A stretch of DNA of 64,000 nucleotides from the human T2T-CHM13v2.0 reference genome, Homo sapiens, in the NCBI RefSeq assembly GCF_009914755.1, contig NC_060948.1. One strand, written 5' to 3'. The notes under the pieces are model-generated. The model was not told the origin of the DNA. It ran no database searches and was given only the letters and a program-made list of their open reading frames with translations. A program made the translations under genes and the position numbers. This document shows, in pieces, positions 48,010 to 60,715 of the stretch (position 1 is the first letter of the stretch; each line of letters opens with the position of its first letter).

Positions 48010-48976
48010 TGTGGAGAAAAGAAAGAGAGATCAGACTGTTACTGTGTCTATGTAGAAAGAAGTAGACATAAGAGACTCCATTTTGTTCTGTACTAAGAAA
48101 AATTCTTCTGCCTTGACATGCTGTTAATCTGTAACCCTAGTCCCAACCCTGTGCTTGCAGAGACATGTGCTGTGTTAACTCAAGATTTAATGGATTTAGG
48201 GCTGTGCAGGATGCGCTTTGTTAAAAAAGTGCTTGAAGGCAGTATGCTTGTTAAAAGTCATTGGCATTCTCTAATCTCAAGTAACCAGGGACACAATACA
48301 CTGCGGAAGGCCACAGGGACCTCTCCCTAGGAAAGTCAGGTATTGTCCAAGGCTTCTCCCCATGTGACAGCCTGAGATATGGCCTCATGGGAAGGGAAAG
48401 ACCTGACCATCCCCTAGCCCGACACCTGTAAAGGCTCTGTGCTGAGGAGCGTTAGTAAAAGAGGAAGGCTTCTTTGCAGTTGAGACAAGAGGAAGGCATC
48501 TGTCTCCTGCTCATCCCTTGGAATAAAATGTCTCAGTGTAAAACCTGATTGTATGTTCTGTTTACTGAGGTAGGAGAAAACCACCTTAGTGATGGAGGTG
48601 AGACATGCTGGCAGCAATACTGCTCTTTATTGCACTGAGATGTTTGTGTGTGTGCACATCAAGGCACAGCACATTTCCTCAAACTTATTTATGACACAGA
48701 GACCTTTGTTCACATGTTTTCCTTCTGACCCTGTCCCCACTATTACCCTATTGTCCTGCCAGATCCCCCTTTCCGAGATGGTAGAGACAGTGATCAATAA
48801 ATACTGAGGGAACTCAGAGACCAGTGCCTGTGCGGGTCCTCCTTATGCTGAGCACCGGTCCCCTGGACCCACTTTTCTTTCTTTATACTTTGTCTCTGTC
48901 TCTTATTTCTTTTCTCAGTCTCTCGACCCACCTGACAAGAAACACCCACAGGTTGTGGAGGTGCTAGCCCCCTTCA
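48010..48976 (+). mobile_element. Solo HERV-K(HML-2) LTR5 (older LTR5A/B type)
   Basis: TG...CA termini (tgtggagaaaagaaagagagatcag ... ccccttca), 967 bp, perfect 6-bp TSD GTCCAT at 48004-48009 and 48977-48982, AATAAA at ~48797. Confidence 0.96.
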
Positions 48977-49149
48977 GTCCATGCTTCCATAGTTAGAAAA
49001 CTGCCCTTCAGGTATAAACTAGTGAATCTTAGAAGTAAATTAGCTCCTCCAAAGCCCAGCAGAACATGGTTTGAGAAATTCCCCTGCCCACAGCAATTTG
49101 GTGGCATCATGAGTCAACATTTCTCAAATACATTCTTCAGCACTTAACG

Positions 49150-49270
49150 TGCAATCTTGGACCAGGGAGCTAACCTCTCTGTGCCTCATTTTCCTCATCT
49201 AAAAAACAGAGGCAGTAAGAATATTTACTTAAAAGCCTTACTGTGAAGATTAAGTGAGCTCATGTGCATA
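49150..49270. mobile_element. MIR fragment
   Basis: taacctctctgtgcctcattttcctcatctaaaaaa...ctgtgaagattaagtgag core. Confidence 0.75.
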
Positions 49271-50455
49271 AGTCTGAAGATAGCTGGCAGAGAGAGCCAC
49301 AGGGTCTGGCTCCGATAACGATGCTGCTCTGATTATTACAGAGGCCATAAATTATGTGGCCTCATTTATATCACTTAGAACTGTCAGTTATATGCAAATT
49401 AATGAAAGACAACTCTCCTTCCACCAAATGGCTAGGTACGTGCAAGGTGTTTTTCCCACAGAAAGGGAAGAGGAGGGCCAACCCCTATGCGGGGCTGGGA
49501 AAAGAGGAGAATAAAAGGACTAAGGGAGTTTAGGACCTACCAGGTCAACTCCGTCTCAGAAGAAAGCCACAACTGAGCAACAACCCGAAGGTCAGATTGA
49601 GGAGGGGGATACAACAATTGTCTAAACAAAAGCAGGGCTGCCAACCCCACACTTAGTTCCAGGACTGTCCATTGTTCAACCAAATAGCATTGAAGCCCTG
49701 TATGCTTTTGCTATCTTCTGTGGAAACAGCTTCAAGATGGCTTACGAGCTGTCAAGCCATGTAAGAAATCTGTGGAAAAAGAAAAAGGCCAGGGTGGGGT
49801 TTGTAAACCATCTGTGGCAGAAGTCTTCTAAGCAGCAAACATTTCCACTGTATTCATTAATAATGCCAATCAGAACATCTTTTCTGCATGTTAATTAAAG
49901 AAGGCACACACAGCCATAGAACCTATCTAGCCCTATCAGAATGAATGAGGCTAATTTTTCTCACAGTTTTGAATAATATCCTTGAGTTCGTGAGCTCAAA
50001 TTTCATTGTTAGCCATCACCATTTGATTTCAAGTGTTTATCTTCCTTTTAATGCTGCAGTGTCGGGATGCATTGGTGAGAACTTATCCAGGGTAAAACAC
50101 AGTCATTTAGAGACAGTTTTTAGAAGAAACTATTTAGGTGACAATTTTTTTTTTAATTAAAGGGAAGAGACACAACACACCAGATCTGAGCTTGTCAGAT
50201 GCATTCTAGATGTGTTAATTCTTGGAAGTTCTCATGATGAGGGCACTGTCCAGACAACATTTTAGGTAGCTCTTTTCAAGAGGTGGAATCTGGGGAAGGG
50301 TGGATTTTCCCAAATCTTTTACCACTGGAAATGCTTCCCTGGGCATTGCTCTAGTCAATGGTCCCAAGCTTTGTACAATTTGAGAAGTATACATGAAATG
50401 TATAGCATGATCAAGAACTGTCTTAGGAAATGAGGGTAAAAAGAAATATAGAACA

Positions 50456-50780
50456 GGCCAGGCTCAGTGGCTCATGCCTGTAATCCCAGCAGTTTGGGAG
50501 GCCGAGGCAGGTGGATTACTTGAGTTCAGGAATTTGAGACCAGCCTGGGCAAAACAGTGAAACCCTGTCTCTACTAAAATATAAAAAAATAGCCAGGCAT
50601 GTCCAGGTGTGCCTGTTATTCCAGCTATTTGGGAGCCTGAGGCAGGAGAATTGCTTGAACTGGGTTGGCGGAGGTTGCAGTGAGCAGAGATTGCACCACT
50701 GTACTTCAGCCTGGGTGACAGAGCGAGACTCTGTCTCAAAAAAAAAAAAAGAAAAAGAAAAGAAAAAGGAAAGAAAGAAA
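50456..50780 (+). mobile_element. AluS
   Basis: Full Alu; TSD-like aagaaatatagaaca / aagaaatacagaaca. Confidence 0.93.
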
Positions 50781-51052
50781 TACAGAACAGAGTCCCTGCC
50801 CCTGCAGAATACACTAAGGATAGCACCTTTTGCCCCTTTGTTTGGTGCATGGCTCCTAAAGGTCCAGGTTCACTTTGGTAAGGGATTTGGGGAAAGAAGA
50901 CTGGCTTAGAAGCAAGTGGTTTGGGGCTAGGCTTTACCATGAAAGGTGATGTGACTCTTTCAAGGGCTTGGTCTCTCATCTGTAAAATGGGATGATGGAC
51001 AGACAATGTCTCTTGGTTCCCAGATTCTATGCTATAAACAATGCTCAATCAT

Positions 51053-51478
51053 AACATTATGGACTCAATTGTGTCCTTCCAAAATTCATATGGTAAAGCC
51101 CTAACCCCCAATGTGACTATATTTGGAGACAGAACCTTTAGGAAGGTAATTAAGGTTAAATGAAGTCCTAGTTCTCCTTTAAATTAGTGTGGGATGGGGC
51201 CTTAGTCTAATAGGACTGGTGTCCTTATTATAAGAGGAAGAGAAATCAGAGCCCTCTCTCTCCCTCTCCTGGAGTGTGTAAAGATGAAAAGCCACATGAG
51301 GAAACAGCAGGAATGTGGCTGTCTGCAAGCCAGGAAGAGAGCCCTAGCCGGAAACTGAAGTTGCCAGAACATTGACTATGGACGTCTAGCCTCCAGAACT
51401 GAGAGAAAATAAATGTCTGTTGTTTAAGCCACCCAGTGTGTGGTATTTTGTTATGACAGTCCTAGCAAACTAACACAC
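51053..51478. mobile_element. MaLR LTR (MLT1-type)
   Basis: tatggactcaattgtgtccttccaaaattcatatg...ctagcctccagaactgagagaaaataaatgtctgttgtttaagccaccc...aaactaacaca. Confidence 0.88.
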
Positions 51479-51920
51479 ATACAAAGCACATTTCAATGAC
51501 ATGCTTTTCTAAAGGGACAATTTTCAATAGAACAAATCCATAATAATGTGACCTTTTTTTTTTTTTTTCCACAGAGAGGGAAGTGAGACAAATTCAGAAA
51601 GTCTTCTGAATCATGTTGGAGTTCCTGGAACTGCCAGTATCTAGAAGTCATAAAGAAAAAGACTGACAAATGTGAACATATAACAATTTTTCGCTTTTGT
51701 CTCCCAAAAGACTCCATAAGCAAAAGGTCATCAACATGAGAAAATTATTTGCAACAACAATAACAAAAATAAAGGCCAAGCTTAATATATTTATATATGA
51801 AAAGTTTTACACATAGTTAAAAATACTAAAACACCATTAGAAACAAAGGACTTAAACTAGGAATTAATTATTTCTCTTTCTCTTTCCATGGCCAACAAAC
51901 ATTGAAAAAAAATTGCCATC

Positions 51921-52215
51921 TTTTTTTTTATTTGTTTGTTAGAGATGGGGATCTCACTCTGTTTCTTAGATTGTAGTGCCATGGCACAATAATGGCTCAC
52001 TGCAGCCTCAAACTCCTGGGCTCAAGTGATCACCCCCATACAGACTCCCGAGTAGCTGGGAACACAGGCACATGCCACCACCCCTAGCTAATTTTTTATT
52101 ATTTGTAGAGATGGGGGTCACTATGTTGCTCAGGCTAGTCTTGGACTGCTGGACTCAAGTGATCCTTGGTCTCCCAGTGTGCTGGGATTACAGCCATGAG
52201 CCACTGCTCCAGTCC
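51921..52215 (-). mobile_element. AluJ (antisense)
   Basis: ggctcactgcagcctcaaactcctgggctcaagtgatc. Confidence 0.88.
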
Positions 52216-53049
52216 TCAACTTCTTTTTTATTTAGCAAGTTGACAAATTTTGAAAACAAAATTGTCACTGCTGGTAAAGGTACAGTGATATGGGAAAGTT
52301 TACAGTGCTTAAGGGAATTTTAACTGTACAAACTTTCTAGAAAGCAATTTAACAATCTTGCAGTAGCTTGCCACAAAAAGTCTACCCTCTTTCACCCAGA
52401 AAACTTACCTTTCTTTTCTGTCCTGAGGTAATAACCTCCAATGCTATCAAATATCCATCTACAAGCCTTACTTATAAAATTGCTTAAAAACTTAATGTTC
52501 AACAATCCAAATATTTAACCACAGAAAAACAGTTAAATTTAGAGATTTCTGTACAATTAATACCAGGCTGCCCCTAAAAATATCATGGGAATTTAGTGAT
52601 TCAGAAAAATACTTTTGATATAATATTATGGAGAAAAAAACTATGATATGAAACTGCCATATGAGCTCAATATAGATTTTTATGTTAAAACGGTTTAGAC
52701 AAACCTTAAGGAAATACACAAAATACTAGCAGCAGTTATAAGTGGTGGAATTACACACAATTTGAGTTTTCTTTTATATCCTTTTCTGTGATGTTATTAA
52801 CAAGTTAGAATGGGTGTAACAGAAGTAAATGGACAACACAGATGACAAAGAATTTCCTTTTTTCTCTCCTCTCCAAGGTTCTTGAAGGCATAACTAGAAT
52901 CAAATAGTTTTTTAAAACTATGGGGAGACAATTTTAGTATAATCTTAATGGAAAAACTTTCCTTAGAGGAGTCTAAAAATGTAAGATAGGGCCTCAGAAG
53001 CATGAGTGACATGTTACTGGAGTTCAAGTTTACTCTGAATAAACTTCCA

Positions 53050-53480
53050 GCCGTTCATTATGATACCTGCTGGGAACCTATTATGTACCAAGTACTCTTG
53101 TAAGTCACTAGAGGCCTCACAAGCAGTAAGACAAAGTCCCCACCACCCATTAAGCTTACCTTGCAGTGGAGGAGGAAGAAAGTAACATAATGTCAGATGT
53201 GATAAATGCTATAAAATGCCAAGTGGGCCAAGGGGAGAGTGTGAAGGTGGACACAGTGGTGGTAGCTATTTTTGAAAGATGCATCAGTGTAGGGCTCCCC
53301 AATTTCAGTGAACTAAGCAAGCAAGGGATACGGATCTGAGGTTTGAGAGTTCCAGGAGGAAGGGACAGACAGCCTGACATGCATAGTGAATGAGGGACAG
53401 ACAAGGATCAGGTGAGCAGCAGAATCAGGAAAGAAGGTGATTAAGACTAAACTGAGTATTGGGGAGGTCAGCGACTTAGG
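53050..53480. mobile_element. L2 fragment
   Basis: acctattatgtaccaagtactc...agacaaagtcc...agatgtgataaatgctataaa pattern typical of the L2 3' end. Confidence 0.6.
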
Positions 53481-53489
53481 GCTCTGTTC

Positions 53490-53812
53490 ATCTGACTTGT
53501 TTGGCCAATGGGATATTATCAGGTGTAATGCAAACAGAGGCCTAAAAAGCATGTGTGTGGTTGAGCTTGGCCTCTTTTGACTTTGCTATTATGTTGAGAG
53601 GGCATGCCCCAGCTAGCCAGTTGGTTCTAGAGGGATGAAAGACAAATGGATCAGAGCTGCCCCAGTGGAGCCCAGCTGAGACCAGGTCTGCCTCAACAGA
53701 GCTGCTCCAGCCAACCCCCAAATCTGCCAGAATAAATTGTTACCTTTGTAAGCCAATCAGTTCTGAAGTGGTTTGTTACTCAGCATTATTGGAGCAATAG
53801 CTGATAGACACA
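53490..53812. mobile_element. Old MaLR LTR (MLT1I/J-like)
   Basis: gaataaattgttacctttgtaagccaatcagttctgaagtggtttgttactcagcattatt...gcaatagctgatagacaca terminus. Confidence 0.7.
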
Positions 53813-54626
53813 ATGCTCAACCTAGACCTAAAAAACAAGACCACTGTAATTTGCTTAGCCTGGGTCCTTATTGAGAATAACAGTGTGGCCTAACCAGTTC
53901 AACAAACCATGATTGTAAGAGTAACAAGCACAGGAGCCTTATCCTAATATTATCCGAATGTAAGATAATTCTACATTTCAAGTAAGATAACTATGGGTAA
54001 ACCAATAACATGCTCCAGTTTCTTGTTTACTATACTGACAGTCTGTTATCAAATAGCCTTGGCAGGTTCTAAGTTTGCTTCTCTCATCTGTTTTGCCGAA
54101 AAATTTGTCCCAAGTGCTTATTCCATGGCCTCCTAAAAAGACATATTTCATAGGTGATCAGGGAAAAACAGCTGCTGTACAGCTAAATCACGTCAAAAGT
54201 ATTTTGGGGTTGAAGGCAAGCATGAACCACAATCCAGCTCACTTTTTAACTTCTGAGTAATATTCCAGGAGTCCATCTGGAGCCCCATCACAGTAGGGAT
54301 GCCGTAAGAGACCTTTTTGAGTATAGCCCTCCCAAATCCTGACCTAAGCATGCTTGAGACCAGAAGACACTCAATGAGCCCCTCAGGGTTATATCAAGAT
54401 GGCACACATTTCCTCAAGACTTCTACCAAAATATGTTACATCAAATTTCCAAAGCCTCTACCTACATATATTCTCAGTGGAAAACCTCCAGGCCCTTTAA
54501 ATGTGCCTGCCATGTGCTTTAAGTACTTATGGGCCTAATTCAACACAAATTATATGGTGATGTTTAGCCTGACCATGGTGAGCATGGCAGAACTGAGGTC
54601 CAGAAGAGGGAAGGGGACACTCACAG

Positions 54627-55055
54627 CCCATCCAGACTTCTTCTCTTTCCCCTGACAGGCTTCCTTTCTTTCCCCCTGAGTCACAGGCCTGGGAAGCAGG
54701 TTGTGCAGTCAGCAGGAAAAGCTATGGCTAGCTTGGGGGTATGAAGAAGGAACACACAGAGATCCTTATTTTCCACCCACCTCAACCACTGCCTGCCTCC
54801 CAGCCTCCCCACCTCAGCATAATGCTCCAGTATTCTGAATCCCATCCAGACTTTTTCTCCATTCCCTGCTGAGCTTCCTCTCCTTCCTCCTAAGTCACAG
54901 GCCTGGGAGAGGGGCTGTGTAGTCAGCAGGGAAAGCTACAGCTAGCTTGGTGGTATGAAGGAGGAACACACACGGATCGTTATTCACCACCCACCTCATC
55001 CACTGCCTGCTTCCCAGCCTCCCCACCTCAGCATAATGTGCCAGTATTCTGAATC
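54627..55055 (+). repeat. Two-copy ~214-bp tandem duplication
   Basis: Units start cccatccagactt at 54627 and 54841; both end ccagtattctgaatc. Confidence 0.92.
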
Positions 55056-56669
55056 CAGAGCACTGATTCACCTACTTAACCATGAGGCTGAAGTTCAGAA
55101 TGGCTGTCAAAATCTGGTCACCTAACAGCAAAAAAATCAATGAACTACAGAGAGCAGATAGCTAGGCTTTTAAAGATTCACTTGTTTTGATGGCCTTGTC
55201 ACTGCTTGTCTCCTCATTACCTTCATGGCTCAGCCTCACTGTAATGTGCACTGACTTGGGCATAAATAGGTCTATCTTAGAGTTAATGCTCTGATGTAAA
55301 AAGGGTAAACCACCCTCCATCTATGGAAAACATTCCATTATCACAGCATTTTTTATGAAAGCCAAGATGCTTCCCTACTGTCCACAAAAAGCTATTTGCC
55401 TTCATACTGTATAAATATTTGATGCTGGCCTTTTGGCAAAAGGCCACCTAAATATTCCAAGCTTATGATTTACAAGAAGGATGTGGGAAAGGAGATTTGT
55501 CATAGTATTTCAAGAGGTAAATTCTATGAGGCAACCATTCTTCTCCTGCGGACTCTGAGATACTAAGACTGTCTATCAAGCAAACCTTCAGGCTCAGCCC
55601 TAGGCTGCTGTGCTTCGCCAAAGTCTAGCCTGAATGTGCATGCCATGACAAGCGGTCAATGCATTTGGTCTATTTTTGCAGGGTTAAAAACAAAATATTA
55701 CTGTTGTCCTTTAAACAAACTAGACTGGACTAGATTGACTACGCTGGAATAGCTGGCCTAACAGATGCTCTTGGCTCTCTGAGAGTGCCTTCTCTCCATC
55801 AGAGGCTGCACAGTCCTCTTGGCACCACCTTGATTCCAAGATTGGCACTGGCCAAGTGCATAAGTGCAATTGCACATGTGGTCAATGGCATGTGATCCCA
55901 CGGCAAATATAATCACTGTTCAACCAATTCCAGATAAAGGTGCCATGTTGCTCCACAATCACACTGAAGCTAATTTGCTCTATTTACCAAAGAATAAGCA
56001 AGGCTGCTGCCGTTTCTTGTTTCTTGAACACTCTCTGCTGCTCTAGGCCTGGCTACCGTCCTACATTCTTAGTTTGATGCAATGAGTCATCTAGAAAAGC
56101 TATTACTCCTCTTTAGCTAGAAAAAGATTAGCTTGCAAGTTGCAGTGCCAATTAAATGAACAGATAGGGAAGAAACATTCTGATTCATTGGTTGATGGAT
56201 GTGAGGCACTCTGCCAGGTGCAGTTCAAGGCTTTTCATTGAATCCTCCCCCAAATTCTGTAAGAGTCATCATTCCCTTTTAGTGGATAGACATCTGAGTT
56301 ACATGATTTGTCCATGTTCATATGGAATACAAAGGCCAAATCAGATATGAAATATGATTTGTTTGACACTAAAACTTACCCCCTTTCAACAACAGACATT
56401 TATTGAGCTACTGCTATGATGAGGCAGACCCTGTTTGAGGAACTGGGGGTAGGTGCTAAACAGGCTAAGTTTCTACACTTGCAGAGCTGGTGTTTTCTGA
56501 CCAATGCACCATATTCTCTCTGCCTTGGTGGTTAGGATAAGATTTTAGTCGGGTCACAATGAGACTTAGGACTTCTGTTTGGGGCCACATCTGTGCAGAT
56601 GCCATGCTCTCCTATATAGGGCAGAAAAAAAAAAGAATAAAAATATGATTGTAAATGGCTGACTTATGC

Positions 56670-57152
56670 ATATAGCTGTGTATTTTGACACAATGGGTTA
56701 GCATACAGTGATGAAAGAAAATGGTCTGCAATTACATGTAAAAATGTAGACGAACCCCACAACAACAAGTGTGTGTATAAAGTTTGTATACAGTTCAAAA
56801 CTCATCAATGGTGTTTCAAGTAGGGACTGTGATTACCCCAGGGGGATAGAAACAGTGCAATTACATGTAAAAATGTGGAAGAATCCCACAATGACAAGTG
56901 TATAAAATTTGTATAAAGTTTTGTATAAAGTTCAAAACTCATCCATAGTGTTTCAAGTAGAGACTGTGATTACCCCAGGGGAAGAGAAACAGTGTGGGGC
57001 ATGCAGGGGCTTCTAGGGTTTTGATATGTTCTATTTCTTGATCTATGTGCTGGTGATGTGTGTGCTCACTTTGTGAAAAGCCACTGAGGTATATATCCTT
57101 GTGATCTGTACTATTTTTTACATGTGTGCTAAACTGCAATAAAAGTTTTTTA
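56670..57152 (+). mobile_element. Old L1 3' end (L1ME-like) with a ~130-bp tandem duplication
   Basis: tgcaattacatgtaaaaatgt...gaaacagtg appears twice (56727, 56856); ends ttctatttcttgatct...caataaaagtttttt. Confidence 0.75.
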
Positions 57153-58769
57153 AAGATGTCCCATGGACATATCAGAAAATGCATTTAATGGCATATGTGC
57201 AATTTAGCCCTTACATTATTAAGTGGCTATTCTGAAATAGAAGCCCTGACTATAACTCCTAGGCCAGACATTCCTGCAGAATAGTGGTCCAAGGGAGTGG
57301 CTATCAGAAACACGTGGTAAGGTTTCATTCTCCATCTTTTACCAGTCCCATGCTAAAACCTGCAGGTTCCTGGTGAAACACTCCAATATCAGCTTTTTCC
57401 CTCATCACCACTGGCATTATTGAGCATGATCCAGAACTCTCATTAGTCACCTTCTGTATGCAGGCACTGCAATATTAAGAAACTGCAAAAAGTAGGACCT
57501 GCCTTGGGGGTTCGTTGCAAGTATATCTGTATAAAGTATATTACCCACATATTTAATGTATATATTTTATTTAAAATATGTATATGTGTTTTACATATGT
57601 ATTTTGCAAATATATCATCATAGAGGATATGCTACGTGTCAAAAAAGGTGGTATAAATACCAAGTGTTACTTGGATTTACATGCCGCTGGGGCATCAGAG
57701 AAAGTCTCAAGGAAGGCCTAATCTTTTAAAATGGTGGGAGCAGAGAAACATCCGGGTGCAACGTGTCGCCTTTGTGATGCATCATGGAGAACACATTGCT
57801 TGGAATGTATTCTAGTTGTAATTCTTAATTTATCAAGGTCTTACAACTAACTTCCAGTTTACAGGAAATACAGGCTGGATAAATAAGATCAATGATGCCA
57901 TGAGCATTGACCAGATGAAAACATAATATAGGCCATTCTGCAGAATAAGAGGATAGGTTCCTTTTGAGCAGACAGGTAAAGGGAAAAGGGCTCTTCTAGG
58001 CAAAAACAGAAGTGAGGATACAGTCACCACAAACACTGACTGCTGCTGGAGTGGGTTCTGGTTTGGATGATCAGCTGCAAAGGCCATTTCTGAAACAAAG
58101 AGGTGGAGGACTGCTAGGGTAGGAAAGGACAAGGACAGGTCAAGGGCATAAGGAGCAAGGAGCAGGGATGGGCAGGGGGGTGGGGCAGGGAAGGCAGGGC
58201 AAAGAGAGTAGTTGGGGATGGGAGACAGGACAGAACAAGAGGAATGCAGGGCGAAGCAGGGAAAGACAGATGGTAGCAGTGGCAGCAGCCTCAGTGACCA
58301 GAGACGGCAGCAGTGATTCTGCAGGCCCAGAGGCCTTGTGAGAAATCAGCCTCCTCGCTGAGCCTTCAGGGGCAGACAGCCTCAATCTCACCCAAACTCC
58401 TGGCTCCCACCCAACTCCTCCTCAACAGCCAGCTCAGCTCAGATTCTCTCCTCCTGGTCTTTTCCATCCTCTAGAAATAGAGAACCTAGCCTGCATCTCA
58501 CAGGCTGACATGTTCCTGAGTGCCTGGCTACTCTGCTATGCAGTCCCTGGACTCATTCTTGCTTCCCATTGGGTCCTACCACCTCCCTAGAGTGACCCTG
58601 GAGTCCTCCTCTCCCCACCGGGAGAGCTACCAAGGTCCCGCTGGGAGCCACAACTCCTGCCAGCATAGACATGTCTTTTGTCTTCTATCCCACCCACCTC
58701 GTGGGTTCTTTTGGCTACCTACTCCCTTCTTTCTTCCTGCCATCTCCTTGATCTTACTAGCTGGTAACA

Positions 58770-58885
58770 TTGACAGTGACTTAATGTCTCTGTGCCTCAG
58801 TTTCCACAGCTATAACACAGGCATAACAACAGTACCTACTTCACTGAGGAATTATGAGGATGAAGTCAATGCTAAGTTTGAATTC
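58770..58885. mobile_element. MIR fragment
   Basis: gtgacttaatgtctctgtgcctcagtttcc...ataacaacagtacctacttca. Confidence 0.75.
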
Positions 58886-60479
58886 CTGAGACCAGCACCC
58901 ATACAAACCAACCACTAGGTGTTCATGGTCAGCAATATGCCCCTCCTCTGTGATCTAAGCTTGCCAAAGCCCATGGGCATTGCTCCCCCATCCCAAGACA
59001 CCCAGTCATTCTAAAGTTTAATGAATGACCCAGGGAGAGGAGTCCTAGACACTATGAGCAGGAGCCCAAACTTGAGGACTGTACAAGTGTTTCTACGTCC
59101 TGGGTTGGGAGGCATGGGGAAGGGAGTAATGCCTTGAAAACAGAAGCTCTGGAGTCTGCACTGGGGAATTCAGGCTGAAACATCACCTTGTTTATGGGAC
59201 AAAGTTCTCGTGAGTTTTATGACTCTGGAAAAAATTCAGGAGTATAAATTTATATTTAAGAGTCTTGACTGGTGGCTTTCCAGATGGCAAACAACTTAAA
59301 GATATGCTTCTAGCTCTGCCAGATTTATTTGTAAGGACATTAATTATCTCATTAGAAATAGGTTCCTCTTACAATTAGCTTGCTGTTTTTTTTAATTCTG
59401 GGTAAAGAACATACACATATTTCATCCCTGGCCAATGGACACCTTGGACTTTACAGAGCAGAAATGCCCTAACCCAGTAAGCATTACTCCCAGTCATACT
59501 CTCCCTCCCAACAGACATATAAAGGGTGAAACTGTGTTTAAAATCAGGGTGGTTTTCAATTCATTTTGTTTTGAGAATGTTGCAGCCCTCCCTGACATGA
59601 TACGAACAGCTAATGGTGGAGCTCTAAGATATTGGCTGCATATAGGGAGATGCCTGGGCTCTGTGGAGGACTTCATCATTGTGCTTGCCAGGGGAAAGCA
59701 CATGTTCTGTTTTCATGACAGGAAGAATGAATTTACTGTGGTAAATCCAAAGGAGGCTATGTCAAACACTCAAGTCAAATCTGAAGAAAAAGCTGTCTAA
59801 GTTGTCTACATTTGTGGACTCCAGGTTGAAGAGTGGGGTGACAGGGAGAAGAGGAGTCTAACTCAGCCTTGATTACCAAATCATAATGGTAGAGGACCAG
59901 TAAATGGTTTTGTGAATGTTCCAGGTGTACTTTCTAGGGGGTCTTAGGGTCCCTGATGTGCTCAGGCAGTGGGGAAAAAGAGAAAACCTTCCTTTTGATT
60001 CCATAATTTATCTAATAGCGGAAGAAATTCCAAGTGGCCACCTCTGTACCCACTATCTCCAGCACCTCCCTACACACTTTCAACAATTAATCATCAGTTT
60101 CCTGGGGAGGAATGTAAAACTATGTGTGGCCACAGAGAGCATCTATGGGCACTGAGAGGGGATGAAAAGAGTCACTGTTGCTGCAACCCAAGATGAGCAA
60201 TGGGGTGTCCCCACAGGAAAAAAGGAGCCAAAGCATTCCTTCCTGGTCTCTGCTGACACTGATAAGTCAGGCTGTAGACATCTGTCCCAAGTTGTCCCCA
60301 TGCATGTACCACCACTGGTGTTTTATGATGCATCTCAAACCAGACCATGAAAACCCCTGACTTTGAGGAACTTTGCAGGTACCCATGGAGGGCTTCCTTG
60401 TATAGAGGGAGGTTGCCCTCCTTGCCACTAGGGCACAGAAGTGACCCTACATTAGTTTTACTAAAGATATGTGTATTAT

Positions 60480-60715
60480 AGAACTGCACTGACCAAGTGC
60501 CACTGACCAGAGACACTAGCCACTAGCCACATACGGTTATTTAAACTTAAGTTAATGAAAGTTAAATTAATTTTAAAATTCAATTCCTCAGTAGCAGTAT
60601 CCACATTTCAAGTGCTCAGTAGCCATAGTCAGCTGGTGGCCGCCATACCGGACAACCCAGATACAGAACAAACACCTCCATCATCACAGGCACTTCTATT
60701 GGACAGCCCTGCTCT
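60480..60715. mobile_element. MER3/MER33-like hAT DNA transposon fossil
   Basis: tagccactagccacat...aattcctcagt...ccacatttcaagtgctcagtagcca...ttctattggacagc. Confidence 0.8.

Noticed and set aside
48010-48976. SVA SINE-R or a full provirus
   Set aside because: Complete TG...CA LTR with a 6-bp TSD and no internal genes or VNTR, so it is a solo LTR.
50464-51048. 194-aa ORF, and similar ORFs at 4490-5350, 32670-33231 and 41458-41778
   Set aside because: Translations of Alu sequence.
59435-59800. 121-aa ORF in the RFTN1 intron
   Set aside because: No recognisable homology or splice context; probably a chance ORF.
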